43,538 nt of DNA from Hanamia sp. (lineage in GTDB: Bacteria > Bacteroidota > Bacteroidia > Chitinophagales > Chitinophagaceae), in NCBI GenBank assembly GCA_036566285.1, contig DATCWN010000146.1, positions 1 to 43,538 on the forward strand, given 5' to 3'. The notes beneath the pieces are model-generated. The model saw only the letters and a program-made list of their open reading frames with translations. It was not told where the DNA came from and did no database searches. Position 1 is the first letter of the stretch; each line of letters opens with the position of its first letter. Of this stretch, positions 1 through 9,002 are shown one piece after another. Position numbers and translations under genes: made by a program.

Positions 1-1
1 A

Positions 2-1780
2 GCCGAAAAAAGAGAAAATGAAATCTTATTGTATTCCCGTAATGGTATTAGCTTTCAACAGACTTATCCCATTGTAGTTGACCAACTAAAACATATCAAG
101 GCTGATACGGTTTTGGATGGAGAAATTGTAGTTTTAAATGATAAAGGCCAACCCGATTTTCAATTGCTTCAGCATTATTCCGAAAACCAAGAGCGTCCCA
201 TTCAATACCAGATTTTTGACCTACTTGAACTTAATGGACAGAATACAACCAGCCTTTCACTTATTGAGCGGAAAGAATTATTACAAAAAATAATTCCTGA
301 AAATGAAGTGATTAAATATTCGGATCACATTGTTGAAAAAGGGAAATCATTTTTTACTGTTTCCGAAGAAAATGGGCTGGAAGGCATCCTGGCAAAAAAA
401 ATGGATTCTAAATATTATCCTGGCAAAAGATCTTCTGAATGGTTAAAAATAAAACATCATAAAACACAGGAAGCAATCATAGCGGGGTATACAGCGCCTT
501 CCGGTTCAAGAAAATATTTTGGCGCTTTAATTCTTGCTTCCAAAGAGGGAAATCATTTTAAATACATTGGGCACACCGGCACCGGCTTTAATGACGTTGC
601 TTTAAAAGAAATGTACGATCTGCTTCAGCCGTTGGTGCAAAAAGAATCTCCATTTAATGAGAAAATAAAAACCAATTCGCCTGTAACCTGGGTAAAGCCA
701 GAGTTGATTTGTGAAGTAAAATTTTCAGAAATAACCCGTGATGGAATGTTTCGCCATCCCGTTTTTCTGCACCTACGGGAAGATAAAGATATAAATGAAG
801 TAAGTATGAAAAGTACAAAACCGGTTAGGAATCCAAAAGCCGTTTCTCCACCGGAAGAAGCCAAAAATGAAACCGATAAAATTTTCACTTTCGGGAAGTC
901 GAAAGTAAAAGTTACAAACGTTAATAAAGTTTATTTTCCGGAAGACGGGGTCACCAAAGGCGATGTGGTAAACTATTATATATCTATGGCGGATTACATT
1001 CTTCCTTATCTGAAAGGCCGTCCGGAATCGCTTTTGCGAAATCCCAACGGCATTCACGAAAAAGGTTTTTTTCATAAAGATGCCGGAGAGAATGTTCCTT
1101 CTTTTGTGAAAAGTATAAAGGTTTATTCAGACTCTAACGATAAAGAAATTGATTACATCATTTGCGATAATTTGGCCACTCTTGTGTATTTAAATAACCT
1201 GGGTTGCATAGAAATAAATCCCTGGCACTCTACCGTAAAAGCTTTGGAAAATCCGGATTATCTTATGATTGACATAGACCCGTCCGATAAAAATACTTTT
1301 GACCAGGTGATAGAAGCGGCTCTTATGGTAAAAGAAATTTTGGATAAAGCCGGCGCCGAAGCGTATTGTAAAACTTCCGGTGCATCGGGCTTACATATAT
1401 ATGTGCCAACTGGGAAAAAATATTCTTTCGAACAGGTAAAAGATTTTACTTACCTCGTGTGCATGATGGCCAATGACCAGTTAAAGGATTTTACTACGCT
1501 GGAAAGAAATCTGCAAAAGCGGGGTAATCAACATATTTATATGGACTATTTGCAAAACCGGCGTGGGCAAACCATTGCCTCAGTTTACAGCCTGCGGCCA
1601 AAAGTGGGAGCCACCGTTTCCACGCCTTTGTTATGGAAAGAAGTAAAGAGAGGACTATCTCCAAAACAGTTTACCATCCATAACATAGAAAAGCGTGTAA
1701 AAAAGATGGGAGATATTTTTACCGGTGTGTTAGGAAAGGGAATTGATTTGAAAAAGTGCTTGAAAAATTTAGGAGGATAA
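2..1780 (+). CDS. ligD: NHEJ DNA ligase D (ATP-dependent ligase + OB + PrimPol polymerase domains), 5'-truncated by window edge
   Basis: Frame is open from base 2 (AEKRENEILLYSRNG). Ligase motifs LDGEIV, FDLL, EGILAK, WLKIK; OB domain; LigD POL motifs RNPNGI..FFHK, DIDP, KTSGASGLHIY, DYLQNRRGQT. The KxDG motif would lie upstream of the window. Confidence 0.93.
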   Translation, partial: AEKRENEILLYSRNGISFQQTYPIVVDQLKHIKADTVLDGEIVVLNDKGQPDFQLLQHYSENQERPIQYQIFDLLELNGQNTTSLSLIERKELLQKIIPENEVIKYSDHIVEKGKSFFTVSEENGLEGILAKKMDSKYYPGKRSSEWLKIKHHKTQEAIIAGYTAPSGSRKYFGALILASKEGNHFKYIGHTGTGFNDVALKEMYDLLQPLVQKESPFNEKIKTNSPVTWVKPELICEVKFSEITRDGMFRHPVFLHLREDKDINEVSMKSTKPVRNPKAVSPPEEAKNETDKIFTFGKSKVKVTNVNKVYFPEDGVTKGDVVNYYISMADYILPYLKGRPESLLRNPNGIHEKGFFHKDAGENVPSFVKSIKVYSDSNDKEIDYIICDNLATLVYLNNLGCIEINPWHSTVKALENPDYLMIDIDPSDKNTFDQVIEAALMVKEILDKAGAEAYCKTSGASGLHIYVPTGKKYSFEQVKDFTYLVCMMANDQLKDFTTLERNLQKRGNQHIYMDYLQNRRGQTIASVYSLRPKVGATVSTPLLWKEVKRGLSPKQFTIHNIEKRVKKMGDIFTGVLGKGIDLKKCLKNLGG

Positions 1781-1815
1781 TTAGCTAATGTGCTAATATG
1801 CCAATTAGCTAATGC
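1779..1815. repeat. Degenerate tandem octamer array
   Basis: aattagct aatgtgct aatatgcc aattagct aatgc directly at the ligD stop. Confidence 0.7.
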
Positions 1816-1887
1816 TTCCATTGTTAATTTTTTCTTCATCCCTTTTCTACAAAAATTAAGTGGCTATTAAAAAAACAATTGTCGTTT

Positions 1888-3714
1888 TCATTTCACTTCC
1901 TGCATGGTTACCCATTTTCTATAAAAGCCATTCTGCGTCATCAGGCTCATGTGGGTACCGCGCTCTACTATTTTCCCTTTTTGCAAAACAATAATTTCGT
2001 CTGCATTTCGGATGGTGCTTAACCTGTGTGCGATTACAATACTGGTTCGGTTACTCATCAGGTTATTAATCGCATCCTGAACCAATTTTTCACTCTCAGT
2101 GTCTAATGATGAAGTGGCTTCATCAAGAATTAGAATGGGTGGGTTTTTTAAAACCGCTCTGGCAATGGTAACCCTCTGCTTTTCGCCACCACTTAATTTA
2201 TTGCCACGCTCTCCAATGTTGGTTTGGTATCCAGATTCTTTTTGCAAAATAAACTGGTGCGCATTGGCTACCCGGGAAGCGCTTTCTATCTGCTCTTCGG
2301 GGGCATTATCCATACCGAGAGAAATATTGTTGGCAATGGTATCATTAAACAAAATAGGTTCCTGGGTTACAATGCCCATGTGGTTTCGGAGCGATTCAAG
2401 AGAGTATTTTCTTACATTAATACCATCTATCAGCAGTTCACCTTTTACGGTATCGCGAAAACGCGGTATCAGGTCCACCAATGTACTTTTTCCAGCACCC
2501 GAAGCGCCAACCAATGCAACAGTTTTTCCTTTCTCAATCTTCAGATTGATGTCATGAAGAATTACTTTATCACCATAAGAAAAAGAAACGTTTTTAAATT
2601 CAATGCAATCTTTAAAAGATTCTAATACCGTGGGGTTTTCGATTTCTTTTATAGAAACTTCTTCATTAATTAAATGCTCTATACGGTCCACACTTGCGGC
2701 GCCTTTTCTTATATTATATGATGCGGCGGATAACGATTTCAAAGGCTGAATTACCTGTGAAAAAATTAAAATGTAGGCAAGGAAATCTCCAGGATCCAGA
2801 AAGGAATTTCTCAAAACCAATCGTCCGCCATACCAAAGCACACAAACTACAGCGGCAATTCCCAACACTTCACTTACCGGCGAAGCAAGGTCGCGCCTCC
2901 GGTTTACTTTATTTTTTATGTCAAGTAATTCTTCATTTTGAACATCAAATTTCCGGTATTGCCTTTTCTCTGCGTTAAATGCTTTAATGACCCGTATGCC
3001 TCCCAGCGTTTCTTCAATAGTAGAAAGTATAGCGCCCAGTTTTTCCTGAGCCTGGGTGCTTTGCCTTTTTAAGGAACGCCCTATTCTGCCAATAACCAAC
3101 CCTGCAACAGGTAAAAATAAAATGAGAAAAAGCGTTAGTTGCGGGCTTAAAATAATCATGTACCCAAAAAACAAAAGAATGGTAACAGGCTCCCTGAAAA
3201 GGGTTTCCAATAAATTGACAACAGAGCTTTCCACATCACTGAGGTCATTGGTAAGCCTGCTCATAATGTCGCCTTTTCTCTGGTCATTAAAATAACCTAC
3301 AGGCAACACAAGAATCTTTTTATACATACCCGTACGCATGTCGTTCACTATCCGGTTCCGGATGGGAGTTAAAAAATAAATGGAGAGGTATAAAAAAATA
3401 TTTTTTAAAATGATGAAACTTAAGATGAGAATGCAAATGACCGCCAATGCTTTTATATCTCCGTCGGGAGTTTGAACTACCTCAAAAAGGTATTTTTTTA
3501 ATTGATTAACCGGATTTAGCCCGGAAAAGAAGTTTGTGTTTTCTGAAACTGCTCCAAGGGTATTTTGTTTTTTAAAAATCAATAATAAAAAAGGACTTAA
3601 TAGCCCCAGGGAAATAACGGAAAACAAATTGGAAAGCACATTAAAACTGAAATAAGCAAAAATCAGTTTAGGGTATTTTGCCACGTATCGGAAAACGGCT
3701 CGTAAACTCTTCAT
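1888..3714 (-). CDS. ABC exporter, fused permease/ATPase (MsbA-like)
   Basis: N-terminal TM domain; Walker A GASGAGKST, signature LSGGEKQR, Walker B ILILDEATS, AHRLST. Confidence 0.92.
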   Translation of the reverse strand: MKSLRAVFRYVAKYPKLIFAYFSFNVLSNLFSVISLGLLSPFLLLIFKKQNTLGAVSENTNFFSGLNPVNQLKKYLFEVVQTPDGDIKALAVICILILSFIILKNIFLYLSIYFLTPIRNRIVNDMRTGMYKKILVLPVGYFNDQRKGDIMSRLTNDLSDVESSVVNLLETLFREPVTILLFFGYMIILSPQLTLFLILFLPVAGLVIGRIGRSLKRQSTQAQEKLGAILSTIEETLGGIRVIKAFNAEKRQYRKFDVQNEELLDIKNKVNRRRDLASPVSEVLGIAAVVCVLWYGGRLVLRNSFLDPGDFLAYILIFSQVIQPLKSLSAASYNIRKGAASVDRIEHLINEEVSIKEIENPTVLESFKDCIEFKNVSFSYGDKVILHDINLKIEKGKTVALVGASGAGKSTLVDLIPRFRDTVKGELLIDGINVRKYSLESLRNHMGIVTQEPILFNDTIANNISLGMDNAPEEQIESASRVANAHQFILQKESGYQTNIGERGNKLSGGEKQRVTIARAVLKNPPILILDEATSSLDTESEKLVQDAINNLMSNRTSIVIAHRLSTIRNADEIIVLQKGKIVERGTHMSLMTQNGFYRKWVTMQEVK

Positions 3715-3790
3715 TGAAACAATTGAAATGCTTTATTAATTGTAATAGCGGCAAAGTAACTAATTTTACAAAGAACCTTAATGATATAAA

Positions 3791-4177
3791 ATGACAGAAG
3801 GAAAAAGACAAAAGCAGGTAGCCATTGAAATTGCGAAGGAACTCAACGATATTTTTTTGAAGATGGGCCTCAATATGCAGGACGGTGGAATGGTTTCCAT
3901 ATCTTCAGTGAAAATTACTCCTGATCTTTTTGAAGCAAGAGTTTATTTAAGTTTATTCCAGGTAAAAGATGCAGAAGCTGTTTTAGAAAAATTTAAAGAA
4001 CGTGGCAGTGAAATACGGGGTGAATTGGGAAGAAGAATGCGGCACCAGCTTCGGAGTATTCCTCAACTCACTTTTTATATGGACGATACACTTGATTATG
4101 TTTTTAAAATGGAGAAGTTGCTGGATGAGATAAAGAAAACCCCGACCCCTAAAGGGGAGAAAGACGAACCTCTCTAA
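3791..4177 (+). CDS. rbfA: 30S ribosome-binding factor RbfA
   Basis: VKITPDL..ARVYLS and LRSIPQLTFYMDDT motifs; 128 aa. Confidence 0.95.
   Translation: MTEGKRQKQVAIEIAKELNDIFLKMGLNMQDGGMVSISSVKITPDLFEARVYLSLFQVKDAEAVLEKFKERGSEIRGELGRRMRHQLRSIPQLTFYMDDTLDYVFKMEKLLDEIKKTPTPKGEKDEPL
4140..4157 (+). repeat. REP-like C/G hairpin element inside the rbfA 3' end
   Basis: ccccgacccctaaagggg; shares the 13-bp core acccctaaagggg with the reverse complement of 21781-21799. Confidence 0.55.
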
Positions 4178-4180
4178 CTA

Positions 4181-4208
4181 ATTCACTATTCACCATTTAC
4201 CACTCACC
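4181..4208. repeat. Tandem heptamer array
   Basis: attcact attcacc atttacc actcacc fills the rbfA-lolC/E gap. Confidence 0.7.
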
Positions 4209-4209
4209 A

Positions 4210-5430
4210 TTGCATTTCAAATTCGCCTGGAGATATTTTAAAGCAAAAAAAAGCACGAATGCTATCAATATTATTTCGTGGGTAACTGCTGGTGTCATCG
4301 CATTTTCTACCATGTGCCAGGTATTGGTATTAAGTGTTTTCAATGGTTTTGAAGGATTGGTACAATCTCTTTATTCCAGTTTTTACGCCGACATAAAAGT
4401 GGTTCCGGCCAAAGGAAAAACAATTATGCTAACACAAGCGCAGTTAAATCAAATACATCAAATGCCCGGCGTAAAAGGCATATCAGTGGATGTGGAGGAA
4501 AAAGCGCTTTTGCAAAATGGAGAGCAGCAAACCGTGGTTTTATTAAAAGGTGTTGACAGTAATTATCATAAAGTATCAGGTGTGCCGCAAAAGATGTATC
4601 ATGGTGATTTTAATATAGGAACCATTGATGATCCCAAATTGGTTTTAGGCTCCGGTATTGAAAGCGCTATTGGAGTACAGGCCGATAGAAACCTTTTTCC
4701 CCTCACTATTTTTCTTCCTAAGAAAACAAACAGGGAAAATTCAAACCCTTTGTCATCTCTGAGCGAAGGAAACGCCACTACTTCTGGAAGCTTTGCCATT
4801 CAGCAGGATTTTGATAATAAATATGTAATTACTAACATTGGCTTTGTAAAGCAACAAATGAATTATCAGCCGCAGGATTACAGTGCGCTGGAAATTTCTT
4901 TATCTGATCCTGAAATCTCTGAATCCTTTACAGAAATACTTCAAAACAAATTAGGCTCGCAATATAAAGTGCTTACCAAATTTCAACAAAATACCAGCCT
5001 TTACAATTCAATGCGCCTGGAAAAATGGTTTATTTATGCGGTGCTTACTTTAATTCTGATCATCGCCGCATTCAATATGATAGGCGCTTTAACCATGCTG
5101 GTACTGGAAAAAAGAAAAGACATCAGTGTGTTGCAGGCATTGGGCGCCGATAAGTCGCTGATTAAAAAAATATTTTTGAGCGAAGGATTATTATTGGCTG
5201 TGGCTGGCGCGGGGACAGGAATTTTTTTAGCATTGATCATTGCATTTTTACAATTGAAATTTCATTTTATTAAGCTGGCAGGCAATTCTTTTTTAATTGA
5301 TTATTTCCCGGTGAAACTGGTTATCACAGATTTTATTCTCGTAATACTTACCTCACTTGTTATCGCTTTCGTCGCTTCCTGGTTTCCCGCAAAAAAGGCA
5401 TCTCAACAATTATTTAATTTAAAAGCATAA
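4210..5430 (+). CDS. LolC/E (FtsX-like) lipoprotein-releasing ABC permease
   Basis: AWRYF..K N-terminus, LSVFNGFE, periplasmic domain, EK..DISVLQALGA..IF..EG FtsX motif; TTG start. Confidence 0.88.
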   Translation: MHFKFAWRYFKAKKSTNAINIISWVTAGVIAFSTMCQVLVLSVFNGFEGLVQSLYSSFYADIKVVPAKGKTIMLTQAQLNQIHQMPGVKGISVDVEEKALLQNGEQQTVVLLKGVDSNYHKVSGVPQKMYHGDFNIGTIDDPKLVLGSGIESAIGVQADRNLFPLTIFLPKKTNRENSNPLSSLSEGNATTSGSFAIQQDFDNKYVITNIGFVKQQMNYQPQDYSALEISLSDPEISESFTEILQNKLGSQYKVLTKFQQNTSLYNSMRLEKWFIYAVLTLILIIAAFNMIGALTMLVLEKRKDISVLQALGADKSLIKKIFLSEGLLLAVAGAGTGIFLALIIAFLQLKFHFIKLAGNSFLIDYFPVKLVITDFILVILTSLVIAFVASWFPAKKASQQLFNLKA

Positions 5431-5759
5431 GTTTTTTTTTCAGCTAATGAAAAAAATATTTAAGTAAAAGCTTTGTTTATATAAATGGATGGCTATTTTT
5501 GCTGTCCAATCCCTCTGCAAAAGTTCCTCAAGATTCCTTTTTAATTTATTTCCCCATTATCTTTTAGAAAAGCAAATGCTTACGATATAACTGCATTTAT
5601 GATGGTTGATTACACCATTCCAATTCCTTAAACTTTAATTAGAACATTTTTCAGGTACCAATCCACAATTCCCAGGAGAAGCCATGCTTAATATTTCTGC
5701 CAAAAAATAATGATTGTCCTTGTATCATCATTAATTATTTGACCACAAAATTAATTAGT

Positions 5760-7922
5760 ATGCAACCTTTTTCCTTAAAGGCTTCTTTAAAAATGAAAGT
5801 AAGCCGTGAGATATTTTTCTCGTTTTTCCTTTTGGCGATTTCTTTTGCAAGCCATGCTCAGCAAAGGAATTACAGGCTTGTGTATTCTGAAAATTTAAAA
5901 GGCGGCACTACTATGTTTGGAAATTCGCTGATGCATATTTTCGATGACGATAAACCGAGCGTAATAAAAATGAATGACAACAGTGCTAACGGTAATAGCT
6001 ATTATGGCAACGATTATGAAAACATGCAGTATATTGATATTGATGGAAGCACCGGTAATGGGAATGTTACCAGGAATTCCTCATCCGCTGACCTGATTTT
6101 GCCAGGTGGAACTAATATTATTAAACTTGCAAGATTGTATTGGGGAGGGCGTGTAACAAATTCGGATTTTGATTTAAATCAAGATGCCAATAAAAAAATA
6201 AAAATAAGAAAAGGAACCAGCAGTACGTATTCGGATGTAAATGCATTGGGCATTGACCAATCAACTATCAGCGAGGGCTACACCCAATATCAGGCGTATG
6301 CAGATATTACTGCATTTATAAAGCAGAACGGCGGCGGCACATATACGGTCGGTAATGTTCCTTTATCCACCGGCAGTATATCAGGCGGAGGTAACCACGG
6401 AGGCTGGTGCATCATAGTCGTATATGAAAATGCTTCTTTAAATTATAACAGTGTTCGCATTTACGATGGGTTTCAAAAAGTTTATGATGGAGGCGCTTCT
6501 ACTATTGCCAATGTTTCTTTAACCGGACTTGATGTGCCATCCGGGGCGCTTGCTTCTGCCGATGCACAAATGGGCGTAATGACATGGGAAGGAGACGCCA
6601 ATATTACCGGCGATTTTTTAAAGATCAACGGTAATTCGTTTTCAAACGCAGTGAATCAATCCGATAATCCATGGAATGGAACTATTAGTAATAATGGCAT
6701 ACATGTTACTACAAAAAGTCCAAACTATACCAACCAAATGGGTATTGATATAGACATATTTCAGGTGGGAAATGGCTTTGGTATTTTGCCAAATGCCAAT
6801 TCAGTAAACTTGCAATTTGGTACTGAAGCAGATCAATATTATCCGGGTTTATTTTCTTTTTCCATTAAAATGAAAGACCCTACTATTACTTTGGATAAAA
6901 TAGTAACGGATGCCAATAACAACCATTTAGGCGAAGAAGATGAAATATTAACTTATACGCTTAAAGGATCTAATACAGGTGTTGGAAATGCTAACCACAT
7001 TGAATTGATTGATACATTGCCTAATACGGTTACGTATGTTGCCAACTCTTTGAATGTAATTAGTTCTCCGGGAATTAGTACAGGAATTAAAACAGATGCA
7101 TCGGGCGACGACATTGCCGAATACATTTCAAATGGCCAGATAAAAACAGTGAAATTTAGAATAGGGGCTGGCGCAAATGCTACTACTGGCGGCACCCTGG
7201 CCGAAAACGAATCTTATGAAGTTCAATTTAAGGTAAAGGTAAATAAACCTAATAGCGGGCAGCGTGTTCCATCAATTATGAACATCGCAAGGGTTAGTTC
7301 CATGTCTGATGCGAATGTTAAGTTTACGGACGATGGTACTGCCATAATCAATCCTGAAGAAGGCCCCATGCCGGTAACCCTGGCAAAATTCACTGCCACA
7401 CTTTTACAGGGAAGCAGGGTACAACTTGATTGGAGTACTTCCATGGAAATCAATTGCAGCAAATTTATTGTAGAAAAAAGCTATGATGGAAACACGTTTA
7501 GCGAAGGTCCGGTGGTTGCAGGAAACGGAACTACTTCGTTGTATCATTCTTATTCAGTAACAGATGATATTTCCACTGCCGGCAGCATGATTTATTACAG
7601 GTTGAAGCAAATTGATTTTGATGGTAAGGCTAATTTATCAAAAGTGATTGCAGTAAAAATTAATAAAGAAAGCCAGGTAGTGAGTGTATCTCCCAATCCT
7701 TTTACAAGTTATATAAATGTAAACATGGAGTGGAGCAAGAGCGAAGTAGTTACCGCAAGAGTAATCAACATCCAGGGTAAAGAAGTAATTTCAAAAACCA
7801 TACAGGTAAATAAAGGAGCCAATTACATCAGAATTGATGAATTATCTAAACAGCCTTCAGGAAATTATTTCCTACAGTTCATTTCACCAACTGAAAGGTT
7901 CACACACAAAATAAGTAAGTAA
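5760..7922 (+). CDS. Secreted T9SS cargo protein with DUF11-like domain and type A C-terminal sorting domain
   Basis: Signal peptide (ASHA-QQ); NSSSADL..LYWGG domain; K.VTD...LTYT..NTG...DTLP DUF11-like repeat; PVTL..F, YYRLKQIDFDG, SPNPF..GNYFL CTD. ATG at 5760 or 5793 is preferred over TTG 5739. Confidence 0.85.
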   Translation: MQPFSLKASLKMKVSREIFFSFFLLAISFASHAQQRNYRLVYSENLKGGTTMFGNSLMHIFDDDKPSVIKMNDNSANGNSYYGNDYENMQYIDIDGSTGNGNVTRNSSSADLILPGGTNIIKLARLYWGGRVTNSDFDLNQDANKKIKIRKGTSSTYSDVNALGIDQSTISEGYTQYQAYADITAFIKQNGGGTYTVGNVPLSTGSISGGGNHGGWCIIVVYENASLNYNSVRIYDGFQKVYDGGASTIANVSLTGLDVPSGALASADAQMGVMTWEGDANITGDFLKINGNSFSNAVNQSDNPWNGTISNNGIHVTTKSPNYTNQMGIDIDIFQVGNGFGILPNANSVNLQFGTEADQYYPGLFSFSIKMKDPTITLDKIVTDANNNHLGEEDEILTYTLKGSNTGVGNANHIELIDTLPNTVTYVANSLNVISSPGISTGIKTDASGDDIAEYISNGQIKTVKFRIGAGANATTGGTLAENESYEVQFKVKVNKPNSGQRVPSIMNIARVSSMSDANVKFTDDGTAIINPEEGPMPVTLAKFTATLLQGSRVQLDWSTSMEINCSKFIVEKSYDGNTFSEGPVVAGNGTTSLYHSYSVTDDISTAGSMIYYRLKQIDFDGKANLSKVIAVKINKESQVVSVSPNPFTSYINVNMEWSKSEVVTARVINIQGKEVISKTIQVNKGANYIRIDELSKQPSGNYFLQFISPTERFTHKISK

Positions 7923-7942
7923 TTCAACACACCGAAACCAAT

Positions 7943-7976
7943 AAAAATAGCCGCCTGAAATGGTGGCTATTTTTTT
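7943..7976. terminator. Bidirectional intrinsic terminator
   Basis: aaaaatagccgcc-tgaaat-ggtggctattttt hairpin with A/T tails between convergent genes. Confidence 0.85.
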
Positions 7977-7996
7977 GCCTTTAGTGGTTATGGGGT

Positions 7997-8284
7997 TTAT
8001 AATTTCATATAACTCTGCAAAGCTTGTACATAATTTTCAAATGCCGTAACACCTGCTGGTGTTATTTTACAAATAGTCTGAGGATAATTGTGATGAAATT
8101 GTTTTACAATTTCTATATAACCGGCCTCTTTTAATTTGCTTATCTGAACACTTAAATTACCGGAAGTAGCATTTGTTTTTTCTTTTAAAAAAGTGAACTC
8201 GGCCTCCTTCACACTTATGAGAAGCGATATTACGGCCAGCCGCAATTGGGAATGCAATATTGGATCGAGGTTTTTAAACTCCAT
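7997..8284 (-). CDS. Winged-helix transcriptional regulator (ArsR/MarR-like, HTH_34 type)
   Basis: LDPILHSQLRLAVISLL..EFTFLKE...TSGNLS.Q..KL.EAGYI; start at MEFKN preferred, with alternative ATGs at 8302 and 8320. Confidence 0.85.
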   Translation of the reverse strand: MEFKNLDPILHSQLRLAVISLLISVKEAEFTFLKEKTNATSGNLSVQISKLKEAGYIEIVKQFHHNYPQTICKITPAGVTAFENYVQALQSYMKL

Positions 8285-8326
8285 GGTTACTTTTTCAGTC
8301 ATTTTAATTTCTTCATTCATGTAAAA

Positions 8327-8968
8327 TCATTTGTACTGCGATAAAAAATAATCCACATTGGCTTTTCCCCAAACCGGCGAAAGATCCGTTTCCGGCTTAA
8401 ATGTTTCAAACATTTTAGCTGCTTTTTCAAACAAGGGTTTGGCCACTTCTTTGCCTCCGCCAAAAGCTTCGGGAGTATAAAATTTACCTTGTGCTTCCAG
8501 CAATACAGGCCGTGGGTTAGTAGGGTCAAGCGCTGCCGACTTTTTTAAATTCTCCGCAGATTCAGGGCCATAAGTCATATACCGGTTCTGCGGATCTACC
8601 GTCAGGTGTACCGTGGCGATTTCACTTTTAATTACATTCGTTTCAGAATTTTCATTCCCCAGAACGATCTCCGCCTTCTTAATTAAATCAGCGGCCTTAT
8701 CTGCTATAGCATCTTTTTTCGAATTATCTTTTTCTGTGAAAGCCTGTACCACTGTACAATATGCCGCATAATAATAAGGAAGCCATTGCGTTTTTTCCGC
8801 ATCGGCTATTCTTGTAAAATTGTTAGCCAGTTCCGCACCATTGTTTTTTTGATAGATTGAATCCAGTTGTATAATGTTAGCTTTCATGGCATTCATGTAT
8901 TTATCGCTTTGCGCAAAAGCAAGGCTAACAAGGCAAATGGCCAAAGCTGTTACAATTGATTTTTTCAT
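8327..8968 (-). CDS. Exported helical (TPR-like) hypothetical protein
   Basis: Signal peptide; WLPYYYAAY, ALDPTNPR, P..FGGGK..A motifs typical of proteins following Bacteroidota TonB receptors. Confidence 0.75.
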   Translation of the reverse strand: MKKSIVTALAICLVSLAFAQSDKYMNAMKANIIQLDSIYQKNNGAELANNFTRIADAEKTQWLPYYYAAYCTVVQAFTEKDNSKKDAIADKAADLIKKAEIVLGNENSETNVIKSEIATVHLTVDPQNRYMTYGPESAENLKKSAALDPTNPRPVLLEAQGKFYTPEAFGGGKEVAKPLFEKAAKMFETFKPETDLSPVWGKANVDYFLSQYK

Positions 8969-9002
8969 TTTTGATTTATTTTTAAATTTTTACAAAATAA
9001 TT

